The position numbers were made by a program, and so were the translations under genes. A stretch of DNA of 62,066 bases from Oopsacas minuta (lineage: Eukaryota; Animalia; Porifera). Where the stretch lies: NCBI GenBank assembly GCA_024704765.1, contig JAKMXF010000302.1:462389-524454 (forward strand). The letters run 5' to 3'. Positions 37,401 through 50,731 of this stretch are shown piece after piece; the first letter of the stretch is position 1; every line of letters begins with the position of its first letter. The notes beneath the pieces are model-generated. The model worked only from the letters and a program-made list of their open reading frames with translations. It was not told the DNA's origin and did no database searches.

Positions 37401-37409
37401 TGATTCTTG

Positions 37410-37735
37410 TATCAATTGCAACTATTTGGACATGGACAGATTGAATCTCACTTGAAGCATGTTTCTTCTATCAATTTCAACAATTTACAAATAAACATGT
37501 AGAATCTCAATAGAAACAAGGTTTCTTCTAACCATTTCAGCCATTCGTAGATAGACATGTTGAATCTCACTTGAAACATGGTTCTTCCATCAATTTCAAC
37601 AATTTGCAAATAAACATGTTGAATCTCAATAGAAACTAGCTTTCTTCTAACCATTTCAGCCATTCGTAGATAGACATGTTGAATCTCCCTTGAATCATGA
37701 TTCTTGCATCAGTTGCAATTATTTGCAGATAGACA
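37410..37735. repeat. Isolated patch of the 59-bp satellite (reverse orientation, ~119-bp dimer period)
   Basis: TTGAATCTC(A/C)CTTGAA recurs at about 37441, 37560 and 37679, with an alternate monomer between. Confidence 0.8.
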
Positions 37736-38771
37736 GCTTAACTGGATACTTACTATTTGACGCACTATGCCCAGGGCCGGATTAAGGCGGGGGCTGATGG
37801 GGCTGCAACCCCAGGCCCATCGTAAAAATAGGCCCACCTCGTTGGTGCCATAGGCCGTGTAGACATAGCCAAGAGTTAGTTTTGTTGTCCCTAGAAGCAC
37901 CCGGATTTCATAAGAAAGCTTTAAGTTGATCCATGGCGAATTCTCATAGCAGGCTAAGTTCACTATTTTTTGAGAATGGCAATGATTTATGTAGATGTGT
38001 TTATGACTCAACATTGTCATATTAATTTTGGTCGTTAATCAATAGTCTATGTTATCATTGTGAAATTAAATTTTGTCAGTAATCATTACTTTATGTTTTC
38101 TTATATTAAATTATATCTTCTAAGATTATCACAGAGCAATTTAATAATATTCGCTAAGCCCAAGCATACTTTGTATTTATAGCCTACTTTTTACTTCATT
38201 GCATTATATGCAGCTTTCGATTATATTTGTGTTTGGCCAGCTTGAAGCATTCCTTACTATTTTATTTTTGATATATCAAGAAAAAGAAGGATGAAAAAAT
38301 ATCGTAGTGGTTGGGACAAAGCAAAGGCTAAGTCTGAAGAAGAAAGAAAACTACAGAAAATTTAAGAATGTACCAGTAAAATGAAAAAGTTTTGCTCTAC
38401 GAAAAACCCCAATGAAAATGCAGTAGTATCCACAATTGCTAATGTAACTGGAGATGGTAAACATTGCATTGAAATCGTGAATAATGAACCTCTTTACCTT
38501 GGATTAGCAGAATCTCTATCTGTTCCATCTGATTGCAATGTGCTTTGTGAAACTGAAAATTTGAACTTTAATTACCTTCAAAGAAGAATCATTCTCTAGT
38601 GATTTAGGAAAATGGAAAATGTCTGATGGTTTACGCGAGTATTTTTGTCAAAAGGGGTTTATTGGTTGTCAGCACATGGATAGCGACTTTAGTGCCTCCG
38701 AGAGGACATTTCCTAGTGAAACCTTCACGCGGCGATGTACCAAGTCACTCTTTTATCGTGACCAGTTAAAC

Positions 38772-41147
38772 CAGTGGTTCCCAATCGGTGGTCCGCGGCC
38801 CCACTTGGGGCCACAGGACTATTTACATGAGGCCATCAGATCTCATTATAAATGAATAGTTTCCTCTTTGTATATACTACAATTTGTACTCAAAAATTAT
38901 CATTGTTTGTATATATATTTAATTGTTTATTAGGATTTGATTAAAAGCTCCTCACTATTAAAAGTACATTATCCTCCTCTCCGGAATTCTGTCAATTTGT
39001 AAACAATTGATTCTTGTCACTTATTTTTGTGTCGTTCATTATACGAAGCTTTACCTATTCGTGTTGATAAATAATTTCTTATGTGGTATCCAATCCTAGC
39101 AAAGCAAAGCGCGCTCGTACCGATATTATGCATTAACATTGATCGCATATAAAAGCGTTCTTTTAGTTTCATAACTCATTACAAAGTAAATGGCAACATC
39201 CAACACTGCTTCAAGAAAAAGGAAATACCATGAATCATATATTGAACATGGTTTCACTTCAATTATTACCTCTAAAGGAGAAGAAAAACCTCAATGCGTT
39301 TTGTGCGGGGATATTTTTTCAATAGAAGCTATGAAGCCGAGTAAAATGAAACGACATCTCACATCTTGCCATCCTGAACATGCTAATAAAGATGGAGAAT
39401 CTTTTAAATACAAAGCACAAGCGATGAAAAGAATGCGTTTGGATGCAGACGGGCAATTTCAATCTCAGACAAAGGCTGCAATCGAGGTTTCATATGAAAT
39501 ATCCCTCAAGATTGCCCAAATGAAAAAGCCACATACAATCGGAGAGGAATTAATTATTCCTTGTGCTTATGATATTGTTCGACTCTTAATTGGAGAAGAT
39601 CATGTAAAGAAATTAAGCTCCTTACCATTGTCGAATAATACAGTTCAGAGACGAATTTCAGACATGTCAAATGACATATGCAAGCAAGTCATAGCAGAAA
39701 TTAAAAATACTCCTTTTGGCTTATTCAGCTTACAATTGGATGAGAGTACTGATGTGGAAGATTGTGCTCAACTCATGGCCTTTACTCGTTATGTAAGAGA
39801 TGGTCATTTAAAAGAAGAATTTCTCTTTTGCAAATCACTTGAAACAACCACAAAAGCTATAGATGTCTTTGAAAAGGTTCAAGTCTTTTTTGAAATGTAT
39901 GGAATTCAATGGGGAAATTTATGCGGCGTATGCACAGATGGCGCACCTTCAATGCTTGGTTCTAGATCCGGTTTTCAAACATTAGTTAAGGATAAGTCCC
40001 CTACTGTTACTGGAACACATTGTATGATTCATAGGCAAATGTTGGCTGCAAAGACACTACCTGATATACTACAAGGCATCCTCGAGAATGTAATCAAGGC
40101 AGTAAATTGGATTAAAAGGAGAGCACTAAATAACCGGCTATTTCGACAACTTTGTCAAGAAATGGGAGCAGATCACGAAGTATTGCTATATCATACTGAG
40201 GTTCGATGGCTATCAAAGGGGAAAGTGTTGAAACGTGTACTTGACCTGAGAGCAGAAATGTGTGAGTTTTTCAGTAAGATGGGTCAAAATGAGTTCCAAA
40301 GTATATTCAAGAACCAGAATCTATTTGGACTGGCTTATTTAGTTGATATCTTCAATTGTTTTAACCAACTCAATCTCAATCTTCAAGGTCGTGATGCTTC
40401 AGTTTTAGAGTTGGTTGAGAAGTTCAAAGCTTTCATAATGAAAATGCAACTTTGGTCTTGTAAATTGAAAGATAACAAATATTTCATGTTTCCCACTCTC
40501 TCCGAAATGATCGAAACTTCCGGGTTTGAATTGAATATCGAATTCATAAATGCAATGATCAAACATTTAGCAATTTTGTGCGAAGAATTTTCTCGCTATT
40601 TCCCACAACTATCAACTGAATCATTTACACTCGTTAGGGATCCATTTGGAATGAATGTTGAAGATGTACCTGAGATATTTCAAGAGGAATTTATTGAGAT
40701 GTTAAACGATAGTTTAGCAAAGAACAGATATCAAACAATACCCTTAAACGAATTTTGGCTGTCACTAATTGAGATGTATCCCCTTATTTCAGAATCTGCA
40801 TTACGCACTCTGATCCCATTCCGGACAACATATTTATGTGAAAATGCTTTTTCTACCTTGATGACTATTAAAACAAAGAAACGCAATCGTTTACAAGTAG
40901 AAGATGATTTGAGATGTGCTATTTCTACTACAAAACCAAAAATTAAAGAGCTTGTCCTGAAAAAGCACAAGCAAACCTGATATTTCAAATTTCCATAATG
41001 GTAGAGTATTTTCATATATTATAAATTACATGCCAAAATAATGAGTTGATAATTTACAATTGTGTAATTTATGTTCAATGTGTGGGGCCACCTACTTAGC
41101 TCCATGGCTGAATGGGGTCTTGGGGTGGCAAGGGTTGGGAACCACTG
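38772..41147 (+). mobile_element. Intact Buster-type hAT transposon
   Basis: 13-bp TIRs CAGTGGTTCCCAA. Perfect 8-bp TSD AGTTAAAC at 38764-38771 and 41148-41155, with the central TA typical of Buster targets. Confidence 0.95.
39190..40980 (+). CDS. Buster-type hAT transposase, 596 aa (ZBED5/ZBED8-like family)
   Basis: Uninterrupted ORF with a BED-type finger (CVLC...RHLTSCH), LQLDESTD, VCTDGAPSM, CMIHRQML, EVRWLSKG and TTYLCENAFS. Confidence 0.93.
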   Translation: MATSNTASRKRKYHESYIEHGFTSIITSKGEEKPQCVLCGDIFSIEAMKPSKMKRHLTSCHPEHANKDGESFKYKAQAMKRMRLDADGQFQSQTKAAIEVSYEISLKIAQMKKPHTIGEELIIPCAYDIVRLLIGEDHVKKLSSLPLSNNTVQRRISDMSNDICKQVIAEIKNTPFGLFSLQLDESTDVEDCAQLMAFTRYVRDGHLKEEFLFCKSLETTTKAIDVFEKVQVFFEMYGIQWGNLCGVCTDGAPSMLGSRSGFQTLVKDKSPTVTGTHCMIHRQMLAAKTLPDILQGILENVIKAVNWIKRRALNNRLFRQLCQEMGADHEVLLYHTEVRWLSKGKVLKRVLDLRAEMCEFFSKMGQNEFQSIFKNQNLFGLAYLVDIFNCFNQLNLNLQGRDASVLELVEKFKAFIMKMQLWSCKLKDNKYFMFPTLSEMIETSGFELNIEFINAMIKHLAILCEEFSRYFPQLSTESFTLVRDPFGMNVEDVPEIFQEEFIEMLNDSLAKNRYQTIPLNEFWLSLIEMYPLISESALRTLIPFRTTYLCENAFSTLMTIKTKKRNRLQVEDDLRCAISTTKPKIKELVLKKHKQT

Positions 41148-44100
41148 AGTTAAACGGTGAGAAATTTCAACGTGACTGGCTTTGCTATTCGGTAGAATCT
41201 GAGAAGTTGTATTGCGCAATCTGCATGCTATTTTCAACACCAGACGAAAGTTCACAGTTAGCAACAAATGGCTATTCAGATTGGAAGCATGCAGCCAGAG
41301 ATTTACTTCGCCATGAGGACAGTCGGTTGCATAAAATATCTATTGAAAAACTTATTTTTGCGAAGAATGACTGGTGGACATATAGATGAAAGTCTAATTA
41401 AGCAATATGAGTCTGAAAAGAAGTATTGGCATCAAGTTCTCCAGAGAATTTTAAGTGTGATTAAGATGCTTTCTTCAAGAGGTCTTTCATTTCGTGGGAG
41501 TGATGAGATAGTAGGATCTGTGCATAATGGTAATTTATTTGGACCGTCTCAAGTTATTAGCTGAGATGATACATTCCTTGCAGAACACATTCAGAAACGT
41601 GCAAACAAAGGGCGAGGCCACATATCATACTTATCATCAACAATATGCGATGAATTTATCCAAGTAATTGGACAACAGATTCTTAGGCAGATTATATTGG
41701 AAATCAAAACTGCTAAGTACTATTCTATAAGTGTGGACTCCACACCGGACATTTCGCACACTGACCAACTAACACTAATAATTCGCTATGTATTGCCAAG
41801 AGGTCCAGTAGAACGATTTATTAGATTCATTCCAATATATGGACATACTGGCGTACATTTAGCAAAAGTACTTCTCAGTTTTTTGGAAGAAAATAATGTT
41901 TCCATTAAAGATTGTCGAGGTCAAACATATGACAACGCATCAAACATGAGCGGAAAGTATAACGGCATGCAGGCTTTGATTCGTGAAAAGAATAAGTTGG
42001 CTGAATTCATTCCATGTTGTGCACATTCCCTCAATCTTATCGGACGAAGTACTGTAGAATGTTGTCCAGCTGCAGTTTCATATTTCTATTTTGTACAAAA
42101 GTTGTATGTGTTTTTCTCTGCCTCTACTCATAGATGGAATCTCATTCTTGATGTCTTCAAGAAGTTTGGAATACCCACTTTGAAAAGACTTTCAGACACA
42201 CGATGGTCTGCACACCATGATGCAGTAGATGCCTTACTAAAAGGTTATACAAATATTGAAGAAGTACTTGTACTAATGTGCGAAGATAAATCTGAGAAAC
42301 CTGTGACACGTTTGGAGGCAAAGGGACTTGCTGCAATAATGAATCGTTTGGAAACAGGAATAATGTTACAAATTTGGTCTACAATATTGATTAGGTTTAA
42401 TAAAACTAGCAAATGTCTTCAAGATGCAAGTCTAGATTTGAATACAGCCACAAAGTTGTTAGAATCATTGAAAGAATTTGTACATTCACTACGTTCTCAG
42501 TTTATGGAGTTTAAGCATCGAAGTAAGGTTCTTTATCACTGTGCCAGTACTCCAAAGAACATCAAAGAAAGCGTAAGCGAAATAAGTAATTTGATGATGG
42601 TGATGCTAAAGATGCTGAACTTTCTCCATCAAATGAATTCATGGTAACAAATTTCACTCCAATTATTGATAAACTAGTGGCAGCTTTGAATCAAAGACAG
42701 GCGGCATATTGTGTCATCAGAGACAAGTTTGAACTTTTATCAGAATTGAATTGTTTAGTCTCTGATCAGATGCGTGACAAAGCTAATGATTTAATTAATA
42801 TATACTCAGACGACATTGAACCTGGCTTTGTAGATGAAATAGTACAGTTTTCTGCTTTCTGGAACAGTTATATTTCTTCAGATTCTTCTAAGACTGAAGA
42901 CACAAAGCAGTTAGAGAATTCCAAATGTTCAAGTTGATTACTAGAAATGCACTAGACACAACTTTCCGAATATGTTAATCACATTACGAATATATTTATC
43001 TTTAATGGTCACTAACTGCAGCGGGGAATGATCTTTTTCAACATTGAAAAGGACAAAGAACGAACTGCGGTCCACTATGGGTCAGAATCGTTTGAATGCA
43101 CTTTCTCTTCTGTGTATAGAAAATGAACTTTTGCAAGAAATCGATGTTCAGTCTACGATTAGAGATTTCGCAAGTCGAAAAGCACGTCAAGTAACACTAT
43201 AAAATATTTAAAATATTTTAGCTACCAAATTCATTACTAAGTTATTTTGTTATTTATAGAATTGTAAGGTAGGGGTAGGCGGCCTAATAATTTTGATGGA
43301 CCTACTTAGGCCCATCAAAATTATTCAGCTCCAGGCCAAATAGGCTGCTAATCCGGCCCTGATTGTGCCCCACAAGTATGTCCTAATCTACAACCTTGTC
43401 AAAATTGTGATTCTACTTGTATATATTTGTCATTTGTGTCTATGCGAATAAATTTGATAATTTTCTAACAAAATATAACTTTTCTGAAAAGTTTTTTTAG
43501 AATAAATTCTCATTTATGATGTCATAGATATTTCAACTTCAAAGTTGATGACGTCACCTCAAAATCGCCATATTTCGGATTATTTTGAAACAATGAATCG
43601 CTAGCTTTTTCGAAGGATATATAGATTCGTACTATGTCATATATACCGTGAGCCACGTAATATAGTGCGTTGGGTTAGGTTCAGAAAATGGACTAGGGAT
43701 ATATCACCAGATCAGTTAATATAAGGGGAACTAAATATTTCGAATGCAGAGCGTTTGCGGACGAAGAAATGTATTGCATGTTTGTAAAACAACAAATTAT
43801 CGAGTATATAATATTCGAGAATATACAGAAAGTGACAAAAAATGTGTTTGGTAACATAGATTTAGTAAAATTACATTCTTTGGAACATAACATTGTGTAT
43901 ATTGCATCGTTCATTTCAAAATCAAAATACAGTATATACATAAACAATATGCATATAAGATTGAATTATTGTACCAAGAAAGAAAATTCGTATAGCGAAA
44001 CTGGTAAAAGAATATTGAAACTAGAGAAAGGGACAAATCCAAAATGTATAAGGGATTGAAATATGAAAATATTGTACAACTAATCTATATAAGTAGTACA

Positions 44101-46267
44101 ATAAAAATTTGTCTCTAGATAAGAAAAACGTTAGAGGCTTGGAAAAATGTATTGATTTCGAATCTAATCTAGTTAGACCAAAATGATTGCAAATCACTGT
44201 TTCCAAACTCGGATCGGCTATGGCTACATTTGGATATAAATGTATCAGACCCATTTCAAAGTCAAATGACCTTATCAAATTTGGTTAGGATAGACAGGAT
44301 GGCCAAGTTGGGTCAAATTGATCAATAAACGACGGAATTATCTCTGGTGACAGGTTGGTAAAGCTATATCACCACCGCTTGATAGACTCTGTATTACATC
44401 ATAATTATGTCAGAATACACTCGCGTGTATGCACCTGTGAGTACAGTAATAACACCAAAACTTTGCCCTAACCTTTTGTTGCTATCCATCAATTATTATT
44501 GCTACGAATAAGGACAGTCCAACATGGTATAATCAGATAAACAACCATTGAAGGAAGTTTAGAATGAATAATTACAAAGAGACAAGGCATATGGATTCAT
44601 AAAAAAAGTCACTATACACATAAGAACAGGGAATAGAAATATACAGGCAATAATATAATAAGTGAGCTATAGCTGGTCGTGCCGCTGTGTATCTACCTAG
44701 ACAAGTGGGAGTGACCCGAAGTAGCAAGGGTTCATGTTGAGTGGACCAAGGAAAATAATTCCTAAAGATAACCTTGTTATCACACGTAGAGATGTAGCCG
44801 AGTAAACAGAAGTAAGTATGTGTAGTTGCAGAGTTCCTTCCTTAGCATTCCACAAATTGCTTGTCTGAGATACAATTGAAGGGGTCAAGGTAGGGTGGGT
44901 GATATCATCTGGTGAATAGGATGACTGACGTATTATAATGGTAAGCCTACCACGTGCATTTCTATCTTTGCTATTCTTCATAGAATTCAAGATAGTGATT
45001 TTGCATAGGGCTGATAATGTTGGTGGTCTATTCGGTTCCTGCTGGGCAGTATGCGTAAATAATCTCAGGGGTAGTTGGCCAGGCAGAAGAAAGCCCAATA
45101 CATTGTTCGATGAATGAGTAGAGGTGATGATTTTGAGAAATCTCTTCTCTAAGTGTGTATGGACCATCGCTACATCGATTACTGCAGAGGCTTTCTGACT
45201 TTGGCTTGTGTTATTAGTGTGCCCTTTAGATTGTAAAGTTCCCATGCTGGTAACCTGGCTATACTTGGACCGCGGTACATAATATTTTAGGCTGCTGGTC
45301 TAGAATACACTTCCAAGTGAAGTGGTTAGAATTATTGGAGTAGTACACCTGATAAACATATATCTGTTTAGAGCTATACATACATTTGCATATGTAGCAT
45401 TGTATTTGTACATACGTTATGGCTGTATATACAGAACTGATCTGCGAATGGGAAAGGGTGCTGTTATGATTGTGTTGATGAGGATCACAATAATGGAGAG
45501 AAGCACAAAACACCTCAATTTATAGATTTTACATTTGAAAGAAAATGTGTATACAGACAGTCTTCTATTGTGTCAACTATGCTGCTATTGTTAGATAATT
45601 GTTCATCAAAATAACAACAACACTATTTTAGTAGGTGATAGGATGACTAAAGACATCACAAATACTGTAGCAACAAGTAAACACATATGGCATGTATTGT
45701 ATATGCCAGGGGATGATGAGTATGGTTTGAAGGTGTTATTACAATTGTAACTTACGTAGATCACGTAGAAGAGTTACTTCGAAGAATTAGAAGGATACAT
45801 AAACTCACCGATTAGTCGCACTAAGTAAATCCTCAAAAACCCTCCAGAGAATACAGAATGATCAGAGTTACTCGAAAGCATCAACACAGGTATTCTGTTT
45901 AGAAGGAACTATCAGGCCGTTCAAACGTTTATGTAATGCTTCCAAGGGGGAGGTGATGTAACTGCAGCGTGACAGTACCATCCTTTTGTACTACAAAATG
46001 GCCTAAAGCGTGACACAGGGGGCAGTGAGTGTTAATTTTCGGGAAATTTGCGTTACGTAACGTTTGAAAGGTCCAATGAAGTACAAACTATATACTGAAT
46101 AGACATAATTTGAAGGGACCTCAAAGGAACCATGATAAACCATGTAAACTGTAAAGCACACATCCCTTGTATTTCACATCTCAACCATGCATTTCTAGGA
46201 AACATTGGAGATTGTGTGGCCGAGCGGTATACTTGATTGCTAGGTAGCAAACCCAGTAATCCAGAGA

Positions 46268-46480
46268 CAGGGGCGTAGACTCGAGATGTGGATTGGTAGG
46301 GCCATGGAATTACTCTCCATTAGTCGGTATGGAGAGCGTTAAATTATTGGTAGGGACATGGCGCATTTGGCCTCAGCAAGCCCACTGTTGCCTACTCGAA
46401 TGAGGGGTTACTGTGGTTGCTGATAGTAACCCTGGTGTTTCAGCTACCCCTAACAACCCACTAACTTCGCCTACGCTTAC
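46268..46480. mobile_element. Possible hAT-type MITE remnant
   Basis: Starts CAGGGGCGTAGAC, with a degenerate GCCTACGC near the other end. No TSD confirmed. Confidence 0.3.
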
Positions 46481-46936
46481 ATATACAATTCAGGAAAAAC
46501 AATTGAAAATCCAATAATTTCGAGAAATATCTTCAGGAAAACAGCTACTAGGGGGGGGAGGGTTGGTAGGTATGGTATTATAGATATATTGACAAAAGAA
46601 AAATTTGTGTGCATAATTTAGCAGTCAACATGTTAGAAAATGTTCAATCCTCAAATTATTCAGTTCAAGTTGAAATATCTTCACTTACAAACCCTAGATT
46701 GTACCCATACTAACCTAATTGAAATATATTCCATCATTCAGTTTGTACATTCACTTATCACACATGCAAGATACAATTACAATTGACACAATTATGACAA
46801 TAAGTTATTAGCAGGGCCTTTATTAGAATATACGTAAGTTGATGTATCAACACAATAAGAATACACATTTATGTCCTGAAGTAAAACTAGGATTTTCTTT
46901 ATGACTCATGGAATGAATGGAAGGCAGTATATACTA

Positions 46937-49900
46937 TTACAGGTCAGGAGTTTCATCAGATCCACTCAACTCGTCCTGTTGAATTGTTTCAATTACTTCC
47001 TCTATCAGATCAAACTCATCAAGTTGATTTGGAGTAATCTCTCCAGATAGATTGTCTTGTTGACTGGTTTCTAGGTTAGGGGGTAGAATTGATTGAATCT
47101 CTTCATCAGCCAAATGGCTAGGTTCATTTTGAGCATTCGGTATCAGAAGTTGCCTCAGATGTTCTCTGCTACAATCATACCAGTAAGGCTGTTGACAGGC
47201 TAAGCAAGCTGTGCGACTGGTAATTTTACAAATGAGGCGATGTCCCTTTCGAAATTGACTCTTGAGATCAGTCATTTTGACAATTGTTTGGACCTGATGC
47301 TGAATAATATTAATAGCATTTGTTGACTGTTGTAATGGCAGGACTGGATTGAAGGCGGATGTTTTGTATTTTCTTGATGTAAAGTTGCCACAGAGGGACG
47401 TGATGACACATTCTTTGAACCATTCTAGCGTGTGTTCTCTGTTTGCGGCGTTATTCCATTGATGTTTCGCTTGCTTTGAAGTTTTCCACAGTATGTAGAC
47501 ATTATTTACACATGCTGAATCAAGGATGTGAAGAAATATTTTGAGATAACCGCCTTTAGATGTGAGCTGAATAGCGTGGTGTCCTACCATGCGGTCATGC
47601 TTATCTACGCCTCCCATGCGATAATTATAAGCCTTCAGTATTGGTGGGCTTGGTATAGGCTTTCTTTTGTATTGTAAATCGGCGTCACGAATATTCTTGT
47701 GATGAAATTGTTTATCGTGTGAGGTTGGAATTGCTGGAACACAGTTCGTAATGAATACTACTTTCTTATCCTCGATTCTATACTTCCTATCATTCCATAC
47801 GAGGAGACAGACGGGCTCACAGGCTTGTAATTGTATGGTGGGTCCTATTGTGGGCTTGTGCTGGATTGTAGCCTGGAACGTGAACCATTTGCAGTTTGTC
47901 CCATAATTCTTGAGACTAACAAAAAGGAGAATATTTTACTCCACATTATTCATTGAATATTTTTCTACTATTATATCGATGACCTCTAAGGAATAGATCA
48001 ATAATTAATTTTGTAACCATTCTGTTCTACCACTAGTCTATACCTACGACTCATTGACTTGTAGTATGCTGCTAAAAATTCGCCCTACTATCTTAGGGTT
48101 TAAAGAACTTAGGAGAAAAGGTTAAACTGGTTCGATCATTTAAAGTCCTTATATAGCTTTTGCTTCATCCAACCGAATATATTCTCAATTGGGTTGAGAT
48201 CGGGACTTTGGCTTGGCCATTCTTTTTGGTTTTTCTTCATATTTTTCTCCATCCAAGCTTTGGCGATCCTTGAGGTATGTTTTGGGTCGTTATCCTGAAT
48301 GAGAACCACCTTTGACCATGAAAACCTGAGCTTGCTCAATCAAATGCCATTCCAATATGTTGACAAGGAAGGTAGCGTCCATATTCCTTCGAAAGAAACA
48401 CAGAAGGAAGGTCCCCTTAATTAAAAAGGCTGCCAATATGTGTAATTTAGCGGAATGCTTGGTTGTTGGCTGAATGACTTCCCGATTTCTTTTTGTCCAT
48501 ATCCTAACTCGACCAGGTTTGAGCCAGAAAGAAGCTTCATCTGCAAACACAGCGTGACATCAATGAATATTCTCATTTTTCTTGCCCCACTCAATAAGTA
48601 AGAGCCTGTTTTTCTCACTTAGCATTGGTACAAGTGTTGCCCAAGGCTTGTTGTACTCCATTTCCTGTAGGCATCTTCCAATTGTACTCTTGGACACTTT
48701 AGTGCCACCTTTCTCTTCTAGATTTGTGACAATTCCACGTATAGTCTTCTTTTTATCATGCCTAACATATTGCGCAATGCTATGCTTGATGAGGTTTCGA
48801 AGAATAGTAGGCCTTCCAGCACCTTTCTTGTGAAGTAAATTTGTACCTTCTTTGAGAGTTTTCTGAAGGCGAAATACAGTCGCCCTCCCAACTCCTAGAG
48901 TGGCAGCTATTTGATTTACTGTGTGTTTTCGTCCTTGGAGAAGTATTCTAATTTCATCCCGCTTGATAAATTGTTCCATCTAACAATTAATAATAAATAA
49001 TCTATAATTTAATAATTATTATCAATAATTGTTACGTCATAAGAATAAAAATACTTGAAAACTAAAATTACAGGTAAAATTGAAATATAAACATGCTAAA
49101 ATCTATTAATAGAGTCAATACTATTGTTCAATAGAATAAAACTTGACGGCAACAATATATTAAGAAAAATAGTCAAGGTTGCATTAAAATGATGTTAGTC
49201 TCAATAATTATGGGACAAACTGTATATGCCCAAGTGAGAGGATGCATATTGGTGACGAGATATTCTAGATCAGGTGGTAGTTTTTTGATAGATGAAGTGC
49301 CGACCATGCCAGTTCCTCGTGATCTTAGGTAGGCCGCCAGGTCAAGATGGGAGGAGAATCTATCACAATAGATTATATGCCCTTTATCAAAGTATGGGTT
49401 GGCTAGCTGTAACACCACATCACGTCCACCAACAGATCCGACAGTTGAGCCTAAGTATATGTCCTGGGCTAGACTGTAACCGCAACAGGCGCAACAGATG
49501 GACCAGAGTTTGACACCATATTTAGTTGGCTTCGCTTTGATCTACTAACGCAGTACACTCCTGCCATAGAATTTAACCATGATCTCGTCAATGGAGAGTG
49601 ATCTAGCTGGTTGAAGTAGATTTGAAGAGTTTTTATTGACTGCGGTAAGTAGTGTACTAAGTTTCGCCTCAAAGCGTTCTCCAGTGTTTAGGGATGGACT
49701 CATTTGCTCATTGTTTGCGAAGTGCAACATCGTGAATAACTCTTCAAAACGATCACGCGATGAATGCCGTTTGTAGTAGGGTAAATGGAATATGTTTGAA
49801 TTGGTAAAGTAACTACGGCGATTAGGTATCTGTACAAGGGAGGTCCATAAGATGAGGCCAATAAAGCAACGAATCTCTTCATAGGTCGGCTCTTACCACT

Positions 49901-50000
49901 TGTATGATGACAGATTAAGTTTCATTTGTGTTCGGTACAACTTTGTTTGTTGTAGAATGCTCCTGAATTCATAGGGTCGGAATAAGCAGTACTAAAATGG
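46937..50000 (-). pseudogene. piggyBac-like transposase pseudogene interrupted by a Tc1-like element
   Basis: Catalytic motifs SIDEIMV, IYCDRFS and MGGVDKHD; also KPTKYGVKLW and RDRFEEL. Stops and frameshifts. Termini not identified. Confidence 0.85.
47892..49222 (-). mobile_element. Tc1-like element (DD35E spacing) with a frameshifted transposase (48136-48979)
   Basis: 29-bp TIRs CAGTTTGTCCCATAATT(C/A)TTGAGACTAAC. Motifs FADEASF, IQDNDPKH and WPSQSPDLNPIEN; I count 35 residues between D and E. Confidence 0.88.
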
Positions 50001-50731
50001 TTTGAGTATTTTGTGTCTTTATATGGTCATAGGAACATGTCCTCATCTGACACATTCCATCTTTGTTCTGAGGTATTATTAGATCTGCTATTTAGGATTG
50101 ATTTTTGTTTCATCATATGTGCTTGTTCTAACATTACGTAACCCATAATTATGCTAATGCATCGGCAGGGTGGAGTTCGCCCAAACACAAGGTCGTAATT
50201 TGCAAGAAGGTCTTTGTTAACACCAAACATGCTATTAGATGAACTATGTATTCTATAATTAGAACTTGATGTCATGGGCAAACAAAGCTTTTTGGTGAAT
50301 GTGCGATTTTAGAGGAATTACTAAGAGGCAAAAACACTATACTCCCCAAGAGGTCTCCACCCCACTGCCACATAGGGATCACGATCATAAGCCAATTTGC
50401 AATCATAATGATTGAGCAGCTACATTGTCAGATATATGAACATCATACTTGAAACCGGCTACTACCTCTCTATATATCCCCCTATAATGTATACATGCTA
50501 TGAGAACATAGCTTGAGGCAGTGAATATCGCATCTAAGAACCATTGAAGGGACACAGTCTTCATGTACTTATATATATGCATATTGTGTTCCTTTATCTT
50601 GGATAAAGGGACACCTAATTTCAAAACAAGTCCCTTTATCTGACACATTTTGAAGTAGCCGGAATTGACTAGATCCTAAGCAATTACAAACTGTGTCCCC
50701 TTACCTTGGATAAGGGGACATCTAATTTCAN

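Larger units (their letters stand above)
38291..43202 (+). pseudogene. ZMYM1-like hAT transposase pseudogene split by the nested element
   Basis: TTF-type zinc-finger region RDWLCYS...YCAICMLF...DW...HE.S..H, plus ISVDSTPD, GQTYDNASNM, CCAHSLNL, TRWSA and a C-terminal LMVTNCSGE*SFS. Several stops and frameshifts. Confidence 0.85.
37772..43361 (+). mobile_element. ZMYM1-like hAT transposon carrying a nested Buster element
   Basis: TIRs CAGGGCCGGATTA and TAATCCGGCCCTG. Flanking 8-mers ACTATGCC and ATTGTGCC match at 6 of 8 positions (aged TSD). Confidence 0.85.

Noticed and set aside
44697-45245. 182-aa ORF as a protein-coding gene
   Set aside because: It has no recognisable domain and a composition typical of an off-frame reading.
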